Shown: piece after piece, positions 9,726 to 18,976 of the stretch
Layout: each line of letters begins with the position of its first letter
Numbering within the stretch: position 1 is the stretch's first letter
NCBI GenBank assembly: GCA_900617105.1
Contig: UYFQ01000001.1
Coordinates: forward strand, 1,984,001-2,048,000
From: Hydrurus foetidus
Taxonomy: Eukaryota
Length of the DNA: 64,000 bases
Direction of reading: 5' to 3'
The notes under the pieces: model-generated
What the model was told of the DNA's origin: nothing
Database searches by the model: none
The model's input: only the letters and a program-made list of their open reading frames with translations
Made by a program: the position numbers and the translations under genes

Positions 9726-9991
9726 GGTGTGGCCTCCAGACGTGCCGGCAGGCGTTCTGCACCACACAGCGTGGGCAAGCAAATCACCTGCCCATATCTC
9801 GCCGCGTGGTAGTTGACTGGCCCATCATCCGGGTCAGTGCGGGTCAGTGTGTAGCCAGCCAGGGCAAACCGTGCTGCCAGCGTGGCAAACGCTTTGCCGC
9901 CGCGCTGCCCGGTCGGGTAGTCCAAGTCGTTGATAGTGTGCAAGGTACGCAAAGTTCGCACGGTTGCCACCGTGTCTGGGGCTTGATTCAT
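9722..9991 (-). CDS. Hypothetical island protein
   Basis: KAFATLAARFALAGYTL.RT..DDG; ATGA overlaps on both sides; start re-called to 9991. Confidence 0.6.
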   Translation of the reverse strand: MNQAPDTVATVRTLRTLHTINDLDYPTGQRGGKAFATLAARFALAGYTLTRTDPDDGPVNYHAARYGQVICLPTLCGAERLPARLEATP

Positions 9992-10110
9992 ACCAGCCCC
10001 CTTACCATAACGGCAAAAACCAGTGCTAATTTGTGCATAAATCGGGCTGTAGCCCAACAAATACGGGCGCAAGCAGCTATTGATTTAGAAGCGTTTGATG
10101 TTGTGTGCAT
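9988..10110 (-). CDS. 40-aa small ORF, not in the ORF track
   Basis: MHTTSNASKSIAACARICWATARFMHKLALVFAVMVRGLV*; AAGGGG RBS; its TGA overlaps the next ATG (ATGA). Confidence 0.5.
   Translation of the reverse strand: MHTTSNASKSIAACARICWATARFMHKLALVFAVMVRGLV
10045..10092 (-). repeat. Family A repeat, copy 2 (inside the island and the 40-aa ORF)
   Basis: Reverse complement GCTTCTAAATCAATAGCTGCTTGCGCCCGTATTTGTTGGGCTACAGCC. Confidence 0.85.
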
Positions 10111-10121
10111 GGCCAGCCCCT

Positions 10122-10379
10122 TCAAACCGTGACCAGCGCATTGGCTGGGTCGGTACGCTTGGCATGTAGGGCTTTGACCAGCTCGCGTATTTCAGCGTCT
10201 GACTTGCCCGCAATGCGGGCTGAAATTAAGGCATTGACCTCGTAATCTGGCCAGCCTTTTGCCCGCTGGCCTATGGCAACCCCCGTCGTAAATAAACCAG
10301 CTCTGATGGCGTTGTAAACGCTCGCATCACTACGATGTCCGGCTTTGCCCTTAACCGATGGAAGTCTGAGAATCTGCAT
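10122..10379 (-). CDS. alpA: AlpA-family regulator / recombination directionality factor
   Basis: ILRLPSV.......ASVYNAIRAGLFTTGVAIGQRAKGWPDYEV AlpA signature. Confidence 0.9.
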   Translation of the reverse strand: MQILRLPSVKGKAGHRSDASVYNAIRAGLFTTGVAIGQRAKGWPDYEVNALISARIAGKSDAEIRELVKALHAKRTDPANALVTV

Positions 10380-10494
10380 AGTTGTAGCCCCTTATCGCCA
10401 TATGGCTGTTTTTGCTGCGAAGTGCAGCAAGTGGGGGAAACGATAATTTTTTACAGAACCTAAGTCACTGGCGATAAAGCTAAGGGATTTAATG

Positions 10495-11082
10495 TCAGCT
10501 GGGTGTTGCTGCACTTGCAGCAGCCGATATTTGCTTGCTTAGCCGCGCAGTAAGCTTTCGATCACTTTCAAGATCGAACTGTGGGTCGATCATTTTTTTT
10601 TGATGTATTTTGTAATCATCCATCAGTCGAACCATGTGAATCGTCAGTTTGTTTAACTCTTTCGCCACTTCATTATTTGGAAAGTGTTCGGATAGGTTCC
10701 GCAAGTATTTTTTTGCCGCCACGATTTCTTTGTTTGCGGAAACGACACGCATGATGGTCCGCTCATCTTTGTGGAAATCCGAACCCAATTCTGACACCGC
10801 TTGTTCGTACGAAAGACCGCTGTCCTTCAACTCAGCGTACGTTGCGGCAACAAGCTCGCCATCAATACCATTACGGACCTTGGGTCGGCCCCTCCTTTTT
10901 ATGGGAAATTTATCTTCCACCATTAATTTTGCGATGATTAGATTCGCAACTTTTTGAAACTTGGGACTAGGGTCAATGCCGTCCAAGACAAATTTCGCAA
11001 GCGTGTCGAGTACGCTGTATTCAGCGCCTTTTGTTCCATTTTCAAGCTCTGCAAGAACACTTGATTCAATGCTTTCGTACAT
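10495..11082 (-). CDS. Hypothetical DNA-binding protein (AT-hook-like KRRGRPK plus HTH-like segment)
   Basis: 195-aa AT-rich ORF; KRRGRPK followed by SYEQAVSELGSDFHKDERTIMR. Confidence 0.6.
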   Translation of the reverse strand: MYESIESSVLAELENGTKGAEYSVLDTLAKFVLDGIDPSPKFQKVANLIIAKLMVEDKFPIKRRGRPKVRNGIDGELVAATYAELKDSGLSYEQAVSELGSDFHKDERTIMRVVSANKEIVAAKKYLRNLSEHFPNNEVAKELNKLTIHMVRLMDDYKIHQKKMIDPQFDLESDRKLTARLSKQISAAASAATPS

Positions 11083-11088
11083 GCTGTG

Positions 11089-11181
11089 CCCTGCTACACG
11101 CCTGACAAGAGAACCACCATCGCCGGGTCAGGGTGTCCCGGTTTTCACCATGGGCAATTACTCCATGGCTAGGCGTGGCTT
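11089..11181 (-). ncRNA. Candidate structured cis-regulatory RNA between int and alpA
   Basis: Closing stem AGCCAC/GUGGUU, two internal hairpins (CCAUGG/CCAUGG and CCGGG/CCCGG), loop CCUGAC complementary to downstream GUCAGG. Confidence 0.5.
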
Positions 11182-11188
11182 AAAGAAT

Positions 11189-11479
11189 TTACTTGCTTTG
11201 CGGCCTATCTACACTGCTGGTTGCTGCAATATAAATGTAAATTACCAACCACACCAATGCTGAAAAAACCACACCGCCGCCACCTTCGCCAGTCATACAG
11301 TCCATCTCAAAAAACGCTGCTAACCGTGGGGAAGCTGCAAGTAGTTCCACAATTCCTTTTGCGGGAATCAGAAAGCAATTTTTAAAAAGAAGCCCGAGGT
11401 CGCTGATAGTTGTAATTCCGTCGCGGTTGAAGTCGAGAGCAAAGTAAAACCGTCCGCACGAATCATTGTTGAAGTCCAT
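11189..11479 (-). CDS. Small membrane protein with a DxNxDG (EF-hand/dockerin-like) loop
   Basis: DFNRDGITTISD motif and C-terminal TM segment; ATG begins 1 nt after the integrase stop. Confidence 0.6.
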   Translation of the reverse strand: MDFNNDSCGRFYFALDFNRDGITTISDLGLLFKNCFLIPAKGIVELLAASPRLAAFFEMDCMTGEGGGGVVFSALVWLVIYIYIAATSSVDRPQSK

Positions 11480-11480
11480 A

Positions 11481-12761
11481 TTAAGCCACCTTGAATTGAA
11501 TCACGTCCCCGCCCGCCGCCAGCTTGTCCAGGTAGTCAGCCCAAAGCTGAATCTGTTCAAAGCGTTGTTTCAGGTACTGGGTGCGGTTGTAGCTTCGCCC
11601 GTTCGCGTCTTTGACGGCATGGGCCAAATTCGCCTCAATGGCCAGCGGGTCAAGGTTTAACTGGTCGACCAGCATGGTGCGGGCACTGGCCCTGAAGCCG
11701 TGCCAAGTTTGTTCTTTGCCAAAACCCAGCGCGTACAGCGCGGTGCGTACCGAGTTATCAGACACGGACCGGTCATGGCTGCGTTCACCGGGGAACACAT
11801 AGCGCCCGTGGCTTGTGAGGGGCCGCAAGCCCTTGATTAACGCAATGGCTTGGGTGGGTAGCGGTACGGTGTGCGCTTCGCCCTGCTCCTTTTCCAGCTT
11901 GGTGCGCTTCATTTTCATGCTGGGTATCGTCCACAGCGCCGCGTCCAAGTCCAGCTCTGCCCATTCCATGCTGGCCAGGTTGCCAGGGCGCTGGTACAGC
12001 AGCGGGGCCAACTGCAAGGCGGTGCGCACAATCGGCCCGCCTTTGTAGTGCTTGATGGCTCTGAGCAATTCGCCCATGCGAAGCGGGTCAACAATGGCTG
12101 CAAACGACTTGCCCCGGTACGGGGTTAGCCGTCCTTTTAGCCCCTCGGTGATGTTGCGTTGCTGTACGTCTGCCGTGGGTAGCCAGTAGTCCCACACCTG
12201 CCGGGCTAGCATCAACACGCGGTCAGCGGTTTCAATTGCGCCGCGTTGTTCAACTTTTTGCAGCGCTGCCAGCAGCTCCATAGGGTGTATGTCGGGCATG
12301 TGGCGCGCCCCAATCCACGGGAACAGGTCGCGCTCCAATTGGCGCAATGAACGCTCTGCGTGGCTGGCGCTCCATTGCGGGGCTTGTTTGGCGTACCACT
12401 CCAGCGCCACAGCCTGAAAGGTATCACCACCAGGCCGGGCGGTTTTGAGCTTGTCGACCTTGCGGGCTTGCACCGGGTCACTGCCATCGGCTTTTTGCAG
12501 CTTGGCGGTGTCACGCGCCTTGCGGGCTGCTTTCAAAGCCACAGCGGGGTAACTGCCCAACGCCATGCGGCCTTCTTTGCCGTCTTTGCGGTACTTCCAA
12601 AACCAGCGTTTTGACCCGGCGGGGCTGACTTCCAGGTAAAGCCCGCCCGCATCAGTCAGGCGGTCACGCTTTGCACCGGGCGTACACACGGCGTTTTTGC
12701 AATCAGCATCAGTCAGTATGGGGGAACAACCTTTAAAAGTGGGGGAACAACTTTTAGCCAA
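11481..12761 (-). CDS. int: P4-like tyrosine integrase with N-terminal arm-binding domain
   Basis: DAGGLYLEV...GSK.W...YR..GKE....LG.YP arm domain; catalytic R (YQRPG), K, HGFR, H (LAH), Y (RSYNR); start codon uncertain. Confidence 0.95.
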   Translation of the reverse strand: MAKSCSPTFKGCSPILTDADCKNAVCTPGAKRDRLTDAGGLYLEVSPAGSKRWFWKYRKDGKEGRMALGSYPAVALKAARKARDTAKLQKADGSDPVQARKVDKLKTARPGGDTFQAVALEWYAKQAPQWSASHAERSLRQLERDLFPWIGARHMPDIHPMELLAALQKVEQRGAIETADRVLMLARQVWDYWLPTADVQQRNITEGLKGRLTPYRGKSFAAIVDPLRMGELLRAIKHYKGGPIVRTALQLAPLLYQRPGNLASMEWAELDLDAALWTIPSMKMKRTKLEKEQGEAHTVPLPTQAIALIKGLRPLTSHGRYVFPGERSHDRSVSDNSVRTALYALGFGKEQTWHGFRASARTMLVDQLNLDPLAIEANLAHAVKDANGRSYNRTQYLKQRFEQIQLWADYLDKLAAGGDVIQFKVA

Positions 12762-12856
12762 AACGGGGGAACAAAAACACGATATACAGAGAGAAACGGG
12801 GGAACAACTTGCCTAAAATCCCAGTTTTTCCGCTTTGTTCCCCCGTTTGTTCCCCC
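12720..12856. repeat. Putative integrase arm-type sites (6 copies)
   Basis: GGGGGAACAA at 12720, 12741, 12765 and 12798; inverted TTGTTCCCCC at 12835 and 12847. Confidence 0.8.
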
Positions 12857-12902
12857 GCTTTGCATTATCAGTCATTAGCAGCCAGTGTAGGCCACTACAG
12901 CG

Positions 12903-12915
12903 TAAGTGCTTGATT
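12903..12915 (-). promoter_or_regulatory. IHF-binding site next to att
   Basis: Reverse complement AATCAAGCACTTA matches WATCAANNNNTTR; lies between the arm sites and the att repeat. Confidence 0.65.
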
Positions 12916-12918
12916 TAC

Positions 12919-12976
12919 AAAGAAAAAAGGCCGCTAACTTGTTGTTGTTAGCGGCCCTTAAACGGTCGTATGGTGG
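12919..12976. repeat. att site, ssrA-proximal copy, including the ssrA terminator
   Basis: Direct repeat of 7179-7236; GGCCGCTAAC..GTTAGCGGCC hairpin followed by a U tract on the minus strand. Confidence 0.93.
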
Positions 12977-13357
12977 AGCTGGGGGGATTTGAACCCCCGT
13001 CCGCAAGCCTTTTTCGGGCAGATCTACATGTTTAGCGGTCTGATTTAAGTCTCGCCACCTGTGTCGCGCAGTCGCACGCTACACAGGACGCCAGCATCCT
13101 ATTTTCTCGCCCGTAGCTAAGGTACCCAGCTACGAGCCAGCCGATGAAATTATCTTTACAGCCTGGAATCGTTAACTTGCGTTAAAAACCCCTTGCCCAG
13201 CCCATCGGCCTGCTGTTGTAAAGCTCACAAGCAATTAAGCTGCGAGTGCGAAACGTTCGTCGTTTGCAGTTAGTTTGTTTGAATCAGTTTTACGAGCACA
13301 CTCAGCTCGACATGCACCACACCGCGTCCGAACCCACGTCGAAACCAATGCAGCCCC
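12971..13357 (-). ncRNA. ssrA: tmRNA
   Basis: 5' GGGGCUG, 3' T-arm GGUUCAAAUCC...CAGCUCCACCA, tag ORF ANDERFALAA* at 13267-13235. Confidence 0.98.
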
Positions 13358-13368
13358 AGCGATGTATT

Positions 13369-14052
13369 TTAGGCCATTCCCAACAATTGCAATAGGGCCG
13401 ATGGGCTTTCAATGACCGCGTCGGCGCCCCATGCAGCGGTGTCTGCGCTGGCGCCGAGGTAACCGTAGGCTGCCGCTACCGTCAACATGCCAGCTGCCCG
13501 GCCCGCAACAATGTCTCGCTCGTCGTCGCCCACGTAGATGCACCGCTCGGGAGCCATCCCCAACTGGCGCGCCGCTTCAATAACCGGCGCGGGGTGCGGC
13601 TTGGCGTGAGGCGTGGTGTCACCGCTAACAATGGTTAAGGCGGTTTTAAATAGCGGCATGGCCTGAGTTAGCGGCAGCGTAAATCTCTGGGACTTGTTGG
13701 TGACTACGCCCCATTTCAGATTTGCGCGGCTGATGTGATCAATCATTTCAGCAACGCCCTCGAACGCGTAAGTTCGGCCAGTTAGGTCGAGCTCGTAGTT
13801 CTTGAAAAACTCTTCTTTCATGACTTCAAAGTCTTGATGAAGCGGTGTCATACCGAAAGCCACGCTCAGCATGCCCCGTGCTCCTGCACCTGCCATAAAG
13901 CGGTAACCGTCGAGTGGAAGTGACGGCAAGCCTCGATCTGTTCTCATCTTGTCGGCGGCAGCGCCTAGATCAGGTGCACTGTCGATGAGTGTGCCGTCCA
14001 AATCAAACAACACGGCAGTAATATTTTTAAACATAACAGGTGGACGATTCAA
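13369..14052 (-). CDS. gph: Phosphoglycolate phosphatase (HAD family)
   Basis: FDLDGTLIDS, KPHP, YVGDDERD; downstream of ubiG; start may be 14034. Confidence 0.88.
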   Translation of the reverse strand: MNRPPVMFKNITAVLFDLDGTLIDSAPDLGAAADKMRTDRGLPSLPLDGYRFMAGAGARGMLSVAFGMTPLHQDFEVMKEEFFKNYELDLTGRTYAFEGVAEMIDHISRANLKWGVVTNKSQRFTLPLTQAMPLFKTALTIVSGDTTPHAKPHPAPVIEAARQLGMAPERCIYVGDDERDIVAGRAAGMLTVAAAYGYLGASADTAAWGADAVIESPSALLQLLGMA

Positions 14053-14061
14053 GCTGGAAAA

Positions 14062-14769
14062 TCAGACTTTTGACGTGGCAAACATATAGTTGACGCTGGT
14101 GTTGTCGTCGAGCCAATAGTTCTTGGTGATGGGGTTGTACTGCAAGCCTTTGGTATGAAGCAAGTCGAGCTCACTTTGGCGGCAAAACCCAGCCAGCTCG
14201 CTTGGTTTGATTAACTTCGCGTAGTCGTGCGTTCCGCGAGGTAGCAAGTTCAGCACGTATTCAGCGCCCACAATTGCAAACAGATAGGCTTTTGCATTTC
14301 TGTTGACGGTGGAAAAAAACACGTGTCCGCCCGGCTTGACTAGCGTTGCGCAAGCTTTGACGACGAGCGATGGATCCGGTACATGCTCTAGCATTTCCAT
14401 ACACGTAACGACATCGAAGCTCTGGGGTTGTTCGGCCGCTAGCGATTCGGCACTGATTTCGCGGTAGTTGACACCCTGCGTCTGCGCCTCCATTGCGTGG
14501 AGTTGAGCGACCTTCAGGGCTTTTGTTGATAAATCGATTCCCACAACCTCTGCGCCAGATCTGGCCATGGCGTCAGCCAAAATACCGCCACCGCAACCTA
14601 CGTCAAGTACTCGCTTACCCTTTAGCGAAACGATATCTTCAATCCATGCCAAACGCAAAGGGTTGATTTGATGAAGGGGTCGAAACTCACTTTCTTTGTC
14701 CCACCACCGGTGGGCCAAGTCTGAAAATTTCGCAAGCTCTGCGGGATCAAAGTTGTTGTTAGATTGCAT
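14062..14769 (-). CDS. ubiG: Ubiquinone biosynthesis O-methyltransferase
   Basis: [36 protein letters not shown]; start re-called to ATG 14769. Confidence 0.96.
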   Translation of the reverse strand: MQSNNNFDPAELAKFSDLAHRWWDKESEFRPLHQINPLRLAWIEDIVSLKGKRVLDVGCGGGILADAMARSGAEVVGIDLSTKALKVAQLHAMEAQTQGVNYREISAESLAAEQPQSFDVVTCMEMLEHVPDPSLVVKACATLVKPGGHVFFSTVNRNAKAYLFAIVGAEYVLNLLPRGTHDYAKLIKPSELAGFCRQSELDLLHTKGLQYNPITKNYWLDDNTSVNYMFATSKV

Positions 14770-14790
14770 AAGTAGATTATCGATCAGGCA

Positions 14791-14819
14791 TAAAAAAACC
14801 GCGCTGGTGCGCGGTTTTT
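14791..14819 (-). terminator. Intrinsic terminator after ompA
   Basis: AAAAAAACCGCGC-tggt-GCGCGGTTTTT. Confidence 0.85.
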
Positions 14820-14836
14820 CCGGCAATCCAAAAGGA

Positions 14837-15484
14837 TTACTTGTTGTTCATCGTACCAACGACTTCGATCTCTACGCGGCGGTTCTTGGCACGGCCTTCA
14901 GCAGTCTTGTTGTCTGCAACTGGCTGCTTCTCGCCTTTACCTTCGGTGTAGACGCGATTTTTCTCAATGCCCTTAGACACCAAGTAAGCCTTGACTGCTT
15001 CGGAACGGCTGACTGACAACTTTTGGTTGTAAGCGTCACCGCCAACAGAGTCGGTGTGGCCAACAGCGATGATGACTTCGAGGTTGATGCCCTTCATCTT
15101 GCCGACCAGGTCGTCAAGCTTTGCCTTACCTTCTGGCTTGACAACTGACTTGTTGAAGTCAAAGAATGCATCGGCTGCGAAAGTAACTTTCGAAGCAACG
15201 GCTGGTGCAGGAGCTGGCGCTGGCGCAGGAGCGGCGGCCTTCGGAGCTACCGGAGCTGCCGGAACTGCAGCAGAAGTTGGCGCAGGAGCAACGATGGCAC
15301 CATCGCAACCAGCAAATGCAGTTGCAGGAGTCCAGAAGGCATCACGCCAGCACAGTTCGTTGGTTCCGTTTTTCCAAACGAGTTCGTTGGAACCGTTCTT
15401 CCAGTTGTCGACGGTTTGCGCACCAGCTGCTGTTACGAGCGCTGCTGAAGCAAACAACATTGCCACTTTGTTGAGTTTCTTCAT
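14837..15484 (-). CDS. ompA: OmpA-family protein
   Basis: Signal peptide, Pro/Ala linker, GHTDSVG..YNQKLS..R and NRRVEIEV peptidoglycan-binding domain. Confidence 0.95.
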   Translation of the reverse strand: MKKLNKVAMLFASAALVTAAGAQTVDNWKNGSNELVWKNGTNELCWRDAFWTPATAFAGCDGAIVAPAPTSAAVPAAPVAPKAAAPAPAPAPAPAVASKVTFAADAFFDFNKSVVKPEGKAKLDDLVGKMKGINLEVIIAVGHTDSVGGDAYNQKLSVSRSEAVKAYLVSKGIEKNRVYTEGKGEKQPVADNKTAEGRAKNRRVEIEVVGTMNNK

Positions 15485-15746
15485 GGTTCTCCTCTAGAGA
15501 AAAGCCGCAGACTGGCTGCGTTGGGTAAGTTATACGCCGTAAGTGACCATCACTCACAGCGTTAACATTATTGTGCCACAGCAGTTTGCAGTTACAACCC
15601 AGCCCGGGGCGTTGTCTTACGCGTAAATCCAATATCTTTGGTGTTTGTTGCTGCACAGCCACATCACTGTGCAGCGCGCGCTTGGCCTTAAAATAGCCGA
15701 TTGGCCTAAATGCGGCTGACAAACATCACTATCAGGCCTTTACTCA

Positions 15747-18395
15747 ATGACTCAGTTCGCTAAAGAAACCCTTCCCATCAGTCTTGAGGAGGAGATGCGG
15801 CGTAGCTACCTGGATTACGCCATGAGCGTAATTGTGGGCCGTGCGCTTCCTGATGCCAGAGACGGACTGAAACCTGTGCACAGGCGAGTCTTGTTTGCGA
15901 TGCATGAGCTGAACAACGACTGGAACAAGCCGTATAAAAAGTCTGCCCGTATCGTCGGCGACGTGATCGGTAAGTACCATCCACACGGCGATCAATCCGT
16001 CTACGACACGATTGTGCGAATGGCGCAAGATTTCTCCATGCGCCACCTGCTAGTCGATGGCCAGGGAAACTTCGGCTCGGTCGATGGTGACAATGCTGCC
16101 GCCATGCGATACACCGAAATCCGGCTGGCCAAAATTGCGCATGAACTGTTGGCTGACCTAGACAAAGAGACCGTTGACTTTGGCCCCAATTACGATGGCA
16201 GCGAGCAAGAGCCACTGGTTATGCCAACCCGGCTTCCCAATCTGCTGGTCAATGGCTCCGGCGGTATCGCAGTGGGTATGGCAACGAATATTCCACCGCA
16301 CAACCTCAATGAGGTGGTGGACGCCTGTTTGCATTTACTGGCCAATCCAGAGTCGTCAATTGACGAGTTAATGGAAATCATCCCGGCCCCCGACTTCCCG
16401 ACCGCCGGCATCATCTACGGTATCAATGGCGTTAAAGATGGTTACCGCACCGGGCGCGGAAAAGTAGTGATGCGGGCCAAGTGCCATTTTGAAGACATCG
16501 ACAAAGGACAGCGCCAGTCGATCATCGTTGACGAGCTGCCCTACCAAGTTAACAAGAAGACACTTCAAGAACGCATTGCCGAGCTGGTTCACGAAAAGAA
16601 AATAGAAGGCATCAGCCACATTCAGGACGAGAGCGACAAGTCCGGCATGCGCCTTGTGATTGAGCTGAAACGAGGAGAAGTGCCTGAGGTTGTGCTTAAC
16701 AACCTGTACAAACAGACCCAGCTGCAAGACACCTTTGGTATCAACATGGTTGCCCTGATAAACGGCCAACCAAAGTTGTGTAATTTGAAAGACCTTATTG
16801 TGGTGTTTTTATCGCATCGCCGAGAGGTTGTAACGCGCCGCACGGTGTACACGCTGCGAAAAGCGCGGGAGCGGGGGCACGTGCTTGAGGGCTTGGCGGT
16901 TGCGCTGGCCAATATTGATGACTTTATTGCCATCATTCGCAATGCGCCAACGCCGCCAGTCGCCAAAGCAGAGCTGATGCACCTGCCTTGGGACAGCAAA
17001 CTGGTTCGAGAAATGCTAACGCGTGCGCGAGCCGATGGCGGCGTTGTCAATGCCGACGACTACCGGCCCGACGGGCTAGAAAAACTTTACGGAATGGGTT
17101 CGGACGGCTTGTATCGCCTGTCAGAAACGCAGGCACAGGAAATTTTGCAGATGCGTCTGCAGCGATTGACCGGGCTTGAGCAGGACAAAATTGTTTCCGA
17201 ATACAAGGAAGTGATGGCGGAAATTGATGACCTGCTTGACATTTTGAGTCGGCCTGAGCGGGTCTCGATCATCATTTCCGAAGAACTAGCTTCTATCAAG
17301 CAAGAATTCGGGCAAACCAAACTTGGCGCACGCCGCAGCCAAATCGAACACAGCTCGTTCGACCTGAGCACCGAAGACCTGATTACGCCCACCGACATGG
17401 TCGTGACCTTGTCTCACACGGGCTATATCAAAAGTCAGCCCCTTTCAGAATACCGGGCCCAAAAGCGCGGTGGGCGCGGCAAACAGGCAACAGCTACCCG
17501 AGAAGACGATTGGGTCGATCAGCTTTTCATTGCCAACACGCACGACTATATTTTGTGTTTTTCAAATCGTGGGCGTCTTTACTGGCTCAAAGTATGGGAA
17601 GTGCCTGCAGGCTCACGCGGTTCGCGCGGGCGCCCTATCGTGAATATGTTTCCGCTGCAAGAAGGCGAAAAAATCAATGTCGTGCTGGCCTTGACGGGAG
17701 ACAAGCGCAGCTTCCCCACAAATCAGTTTGTTTTTATGGCCACCAGCATGGGCACAGTCAAGAAAACAGCGCTGGATGAATTCAATAACCCGCGCAAGGG
17801 CGGCATCATTGCAGTCAACCTCGACGATGGCGATTACCTGATCGGCGCTGCACTGACGGACGGCAAGCATGACGTGATGCTGTTCAGTGACGGCGGAAAA
17901 GCAGTACGCTTTGACGAAGACGACGTACGGCCGCTGGGCCGCAACGCTCGCGGTGTTCGTGGCATGGCGTTAGACGTTGGCCAGAGCGTCATTGCGATGC
18001 TGGTAGCGGAAGATGAACAACAAAGCGTTTTGTGCGCTACCACCAACGGTTACGGCAAGAGAACCTCAATTACCGAATACACCCGCCACGGTAGGGGCAC
18101 AAAGGGCATGATTGCCATTCAGCAAAGCGAGAGGAACGGCAAGGTTGTTGCTGCTACTCTGGTACGAGCTGAAGATGAAATCATGCTGATCACCGACACT
18201 GGAGTGCTGGTGCGCACCCGGGTCAGCGAAATTCGCGAAATGGGTCGTGCCACACAAGGCGTCACGCTCATCGGGCTCGACGACGGCTCGCAGCTCAGCG
18301 GCTTGCAGCGAATTGTAGAAAACGACGCGGCGCTAGATGATGTTGCTAGCGACACTGCCTCCCCTGATGAACCCAATCAAGAAAGCAAAGAATGA
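15747..18395 (+). CDS. gyrA: DNA gyrase subunit A
   Basis: [15 protein letters not shown] catalytic Tyr, GyrA box QKRGGRG. Confidence 0.99.
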   Translation: MTQFAKETLPISLEEEMRRSYLDYAMSVIVGRALPDARDGLKPVHRRVLFAMHELNNDWNKPYKKSARIVGDVIGKYHPHGDQSVYDTIVRMAQDFSMRHLLVDGQGNFGSVDGDNAAAMRYTEIRLAKIAHELLADLDKETVDFGPNYDGSEQEPLVMPTRLPNLLVNGSGGIAVGMATNIPPHNLNEVVDACLHLLANPESSIDELMEIIPAPDFPTAGIIYGINGVKDGYRTGRGKVVMRAKCHFEDIDKGQRQSIIVDELPYQVNKKTLQERIAELVHEKKIEGISHIQDESDKSGMRLVIELKRGEVPEVVLNNLYKQTQLQDTFGINMVALINGQPKLCNLKDLIVVFLSHRREVVTRRTVYTLRKARERGHVLEGLAVALANIDDFIAIIRNAPTPPVAKAELMHLPWDSKLVREMLTRARADGGVVNADDYRPDGLEKLYGMGSDGLYRLSETQAQEILQMRLQRLTGLEQDKIVSEYKEVMAEIDDLLDILSRPERVSIIISEELASIKQEFGQTKLGARRSQIEHSSFDLSTEDLITPTDMVVTLSHTGYIKSQPLSEYRAQKRGGRGKQATATREDDWVDQLFIANTHDYILCFSNRGRLYWLKVWEVPAGSRGSRGRPIVNMFPLQEGEKINVVLALTGDKRSFPTNQFVFMATSMGTVKKTALDEFNNPRKGGIIAVNLDDGDYLIGAALTDGKHDVMLFSDGGKAVRFDEDDVRPLGRNARGVRGMALDVGQSVIAMLVAEDEQQSVLCATTNGYGKRTSITEYTRHGRGTKGMIAIQQSERNGKVVAATLVRAEDEIMLITDTGVLVRTRVSEIREMGRATQGVTLIGLDDGSQLSGLQRIVENDAALDDVASDTASPDEPNQESKE

Positions 18396-18976
18396 AAAAA
18401 ATACTCTGTGCACTGGTACTGACTGGCCTTGCCATTTCAAGCCTTACCCACGCGCAAACGGCTGATCCAAAACTGGAGTGGGCAACCAAAGCGGTAGCGC
18501 TGCAGCAGGGCCCCGAGCTTGAGCGCCTTGTCAATCAGCTTGCAGACTCTGCATCGCAAGAAATTTTGCAGGCTTGGGGGCCAAAACTTCAGGCGAATGT
18601 ATCCAAAGACAAAATGGAAGCAGCTCGCAAAAGTCTGAATGTGGAATTGGTCAGCTACTTTGATGATGTTTCAAAGGTAATCAGCGGCAAGACTGCAAAA
18701 GTCAGCGCCGATGCACTGATACCCACATATATGCAGCGGTTTACCCTCGAAGAACTTAAACAGTTAGTTGCTTTTTTTGAGTCTCCCGCCGTGAAAAAAT
18801 ACCAACAGGCGGCGCCGGAGTTGGGCAATGTTTTTGTTCAGCAGCTTATAGAAGCGACTCGTGCAGACGTTACGGCGCGCGGAAAGCGGTTTGATGACGC
18901 GGCCATAAAAATTGTCGGCAACGCGCCAGCCGGAGCTGGTACAACCGAGAAAAGCAAGCCTCCCGCCAAGAAATGA
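18392..18976 (+). CDS. Exported DUF2059-like protein
   Basis: Signal peptide; [22 protein letters not shown] motif. Confidence 0.8.
   Translation: MKKILCALVLTGLAISSLTHAQTADPKLEWATKAVALQQGPELERLVNQLADSASQEILQAWGPKLQANVSKDKMEAARKSLNVELVSYFDDVSKVISGKTAKVSADALIPTYMQRFTLEELKQLVAFFESPAVKKYQQAAPELGNVFVQQLIEATRADVTARGKRFDDAAIKIVGNAPAGAGTTEKSKPPAKK

Larger units (their letters stand above)
7179..12976 (-). mobile_element. 5.74-kb integrative island / minimal phage-satellite-like element at the tmRNA 3' end
   Basis: 58-bp direct repeats at both ends, tyrosine integrase next to ssrA, AlpA, HTH/Rep genes; all ORFs on the minus strand. Confidence 0.93.

Noticed and set aside
12720..12856. Possible CRISPR array from the GGGGGAACAA repeats
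   Set aside because: Repeats are only 10 bp, irregularly spaced, partly inverted, with no cas genes; better explained as integrase arm sites.
15650..15675. GCTGCACAG/CTGTGCAGC inverted repeat in the ompA-gyrA divergent region
   Set aside because: Single hairpin with no U tract or recognisable operator; no function can be supported.
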